A stretch of DNA of 43,158 nt, taken from the IMG/VR virus record IMGVR_UViG_3300042904_000017, positions 1 to 43,158 of that record; one strand, 5' to 3'. A program made the translations under genes and the position numbers. The stretch is from a virus (Duplodnaviria > Caudoviricetes). Positions 43,044 to 43,158 of this stretch are shown here, one piece after another. Below the pieces are notes generated by a model. The model was not told where the DNA came from. It searched no databases and saw only the letters and a program-made list of their open reading frames with translations. Position 1 is the stretch's first letter. Every line of letters begins with the position of its first letter.

Positions 43044-43158
43044 CCACGTAAGTCATTGATTCCATTAGCAACACACTAGCTGATACAACTAATAAGCCTC
43101 ACAAGGTGCCCGCATGTGGCCCTCGTGGGGCTTTTTTTTACTGACTCGCTGGTCAGTT
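43032..43158 (+). repeat. Exact 127-bp repeat of positions 1-127 (circular-contig overlap)
   Basis: Direct comparison of the two ends; 127 is a common assembler k-mer size. Confidence 0.9.

Larger units (their letters stand above)
1..43158 (+). mobile_element. Complete temperate T7-like (Autographiviridae-type) phage genome, circular assembly
   Basis: T7-like gene set and order on the + strand; integrases and att cores; exact 127-bp end overlap. Confidence 0.95.

Noticed and set aside
43032-43158. 127-bp terminal direct repeat as the biological DTR
   Set aside because: The length equals a common assembler k-mer, so it shows circularity only. True termini need read data, though they probably lie in this non-coding region.

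Overview
The window is a complete, circularly assembled ~43.0 kb genome of a T7-like phage (Autographiviridae-type). Bases 1-127 are repeated exactly at 43032-43158. Gene order is T7-like: early genes, single-subunit RNA polymerase, SSB, endonuclease I, amidase, primase/helicase, DNA polymerase A, exonuclease, portal, scaffold, capsid, tail tubes, ejection proteins, tail fibre, terminase. The phage looks temperate, and its lysogeny region is unusual. It carries two unrelated tyrosine integrases, each beside what looks like its own complete attP: a tRNA-3'-derived core, its own arm-type repeats and a downstream terminator. Other unexplained structure includes (i) the arm repeats of attP1 recurring, with an IHF consensus, near the presumed genome terminus; (ii) a 17-bp-period palindromic operator array over host- and phage-type promoters, next to a MarR-like gene; (iii) a predicted ~86-nt phage-RNAP small RNA complementary to an RBS motif shared by early genes; and (iv) a possible gene nested in the RNAP gene. 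All protein calls come from motif recognition and synteny; no database search was run. The host is probably a GC-rich proteobacterium, but this cannot be fixed from the sequence.
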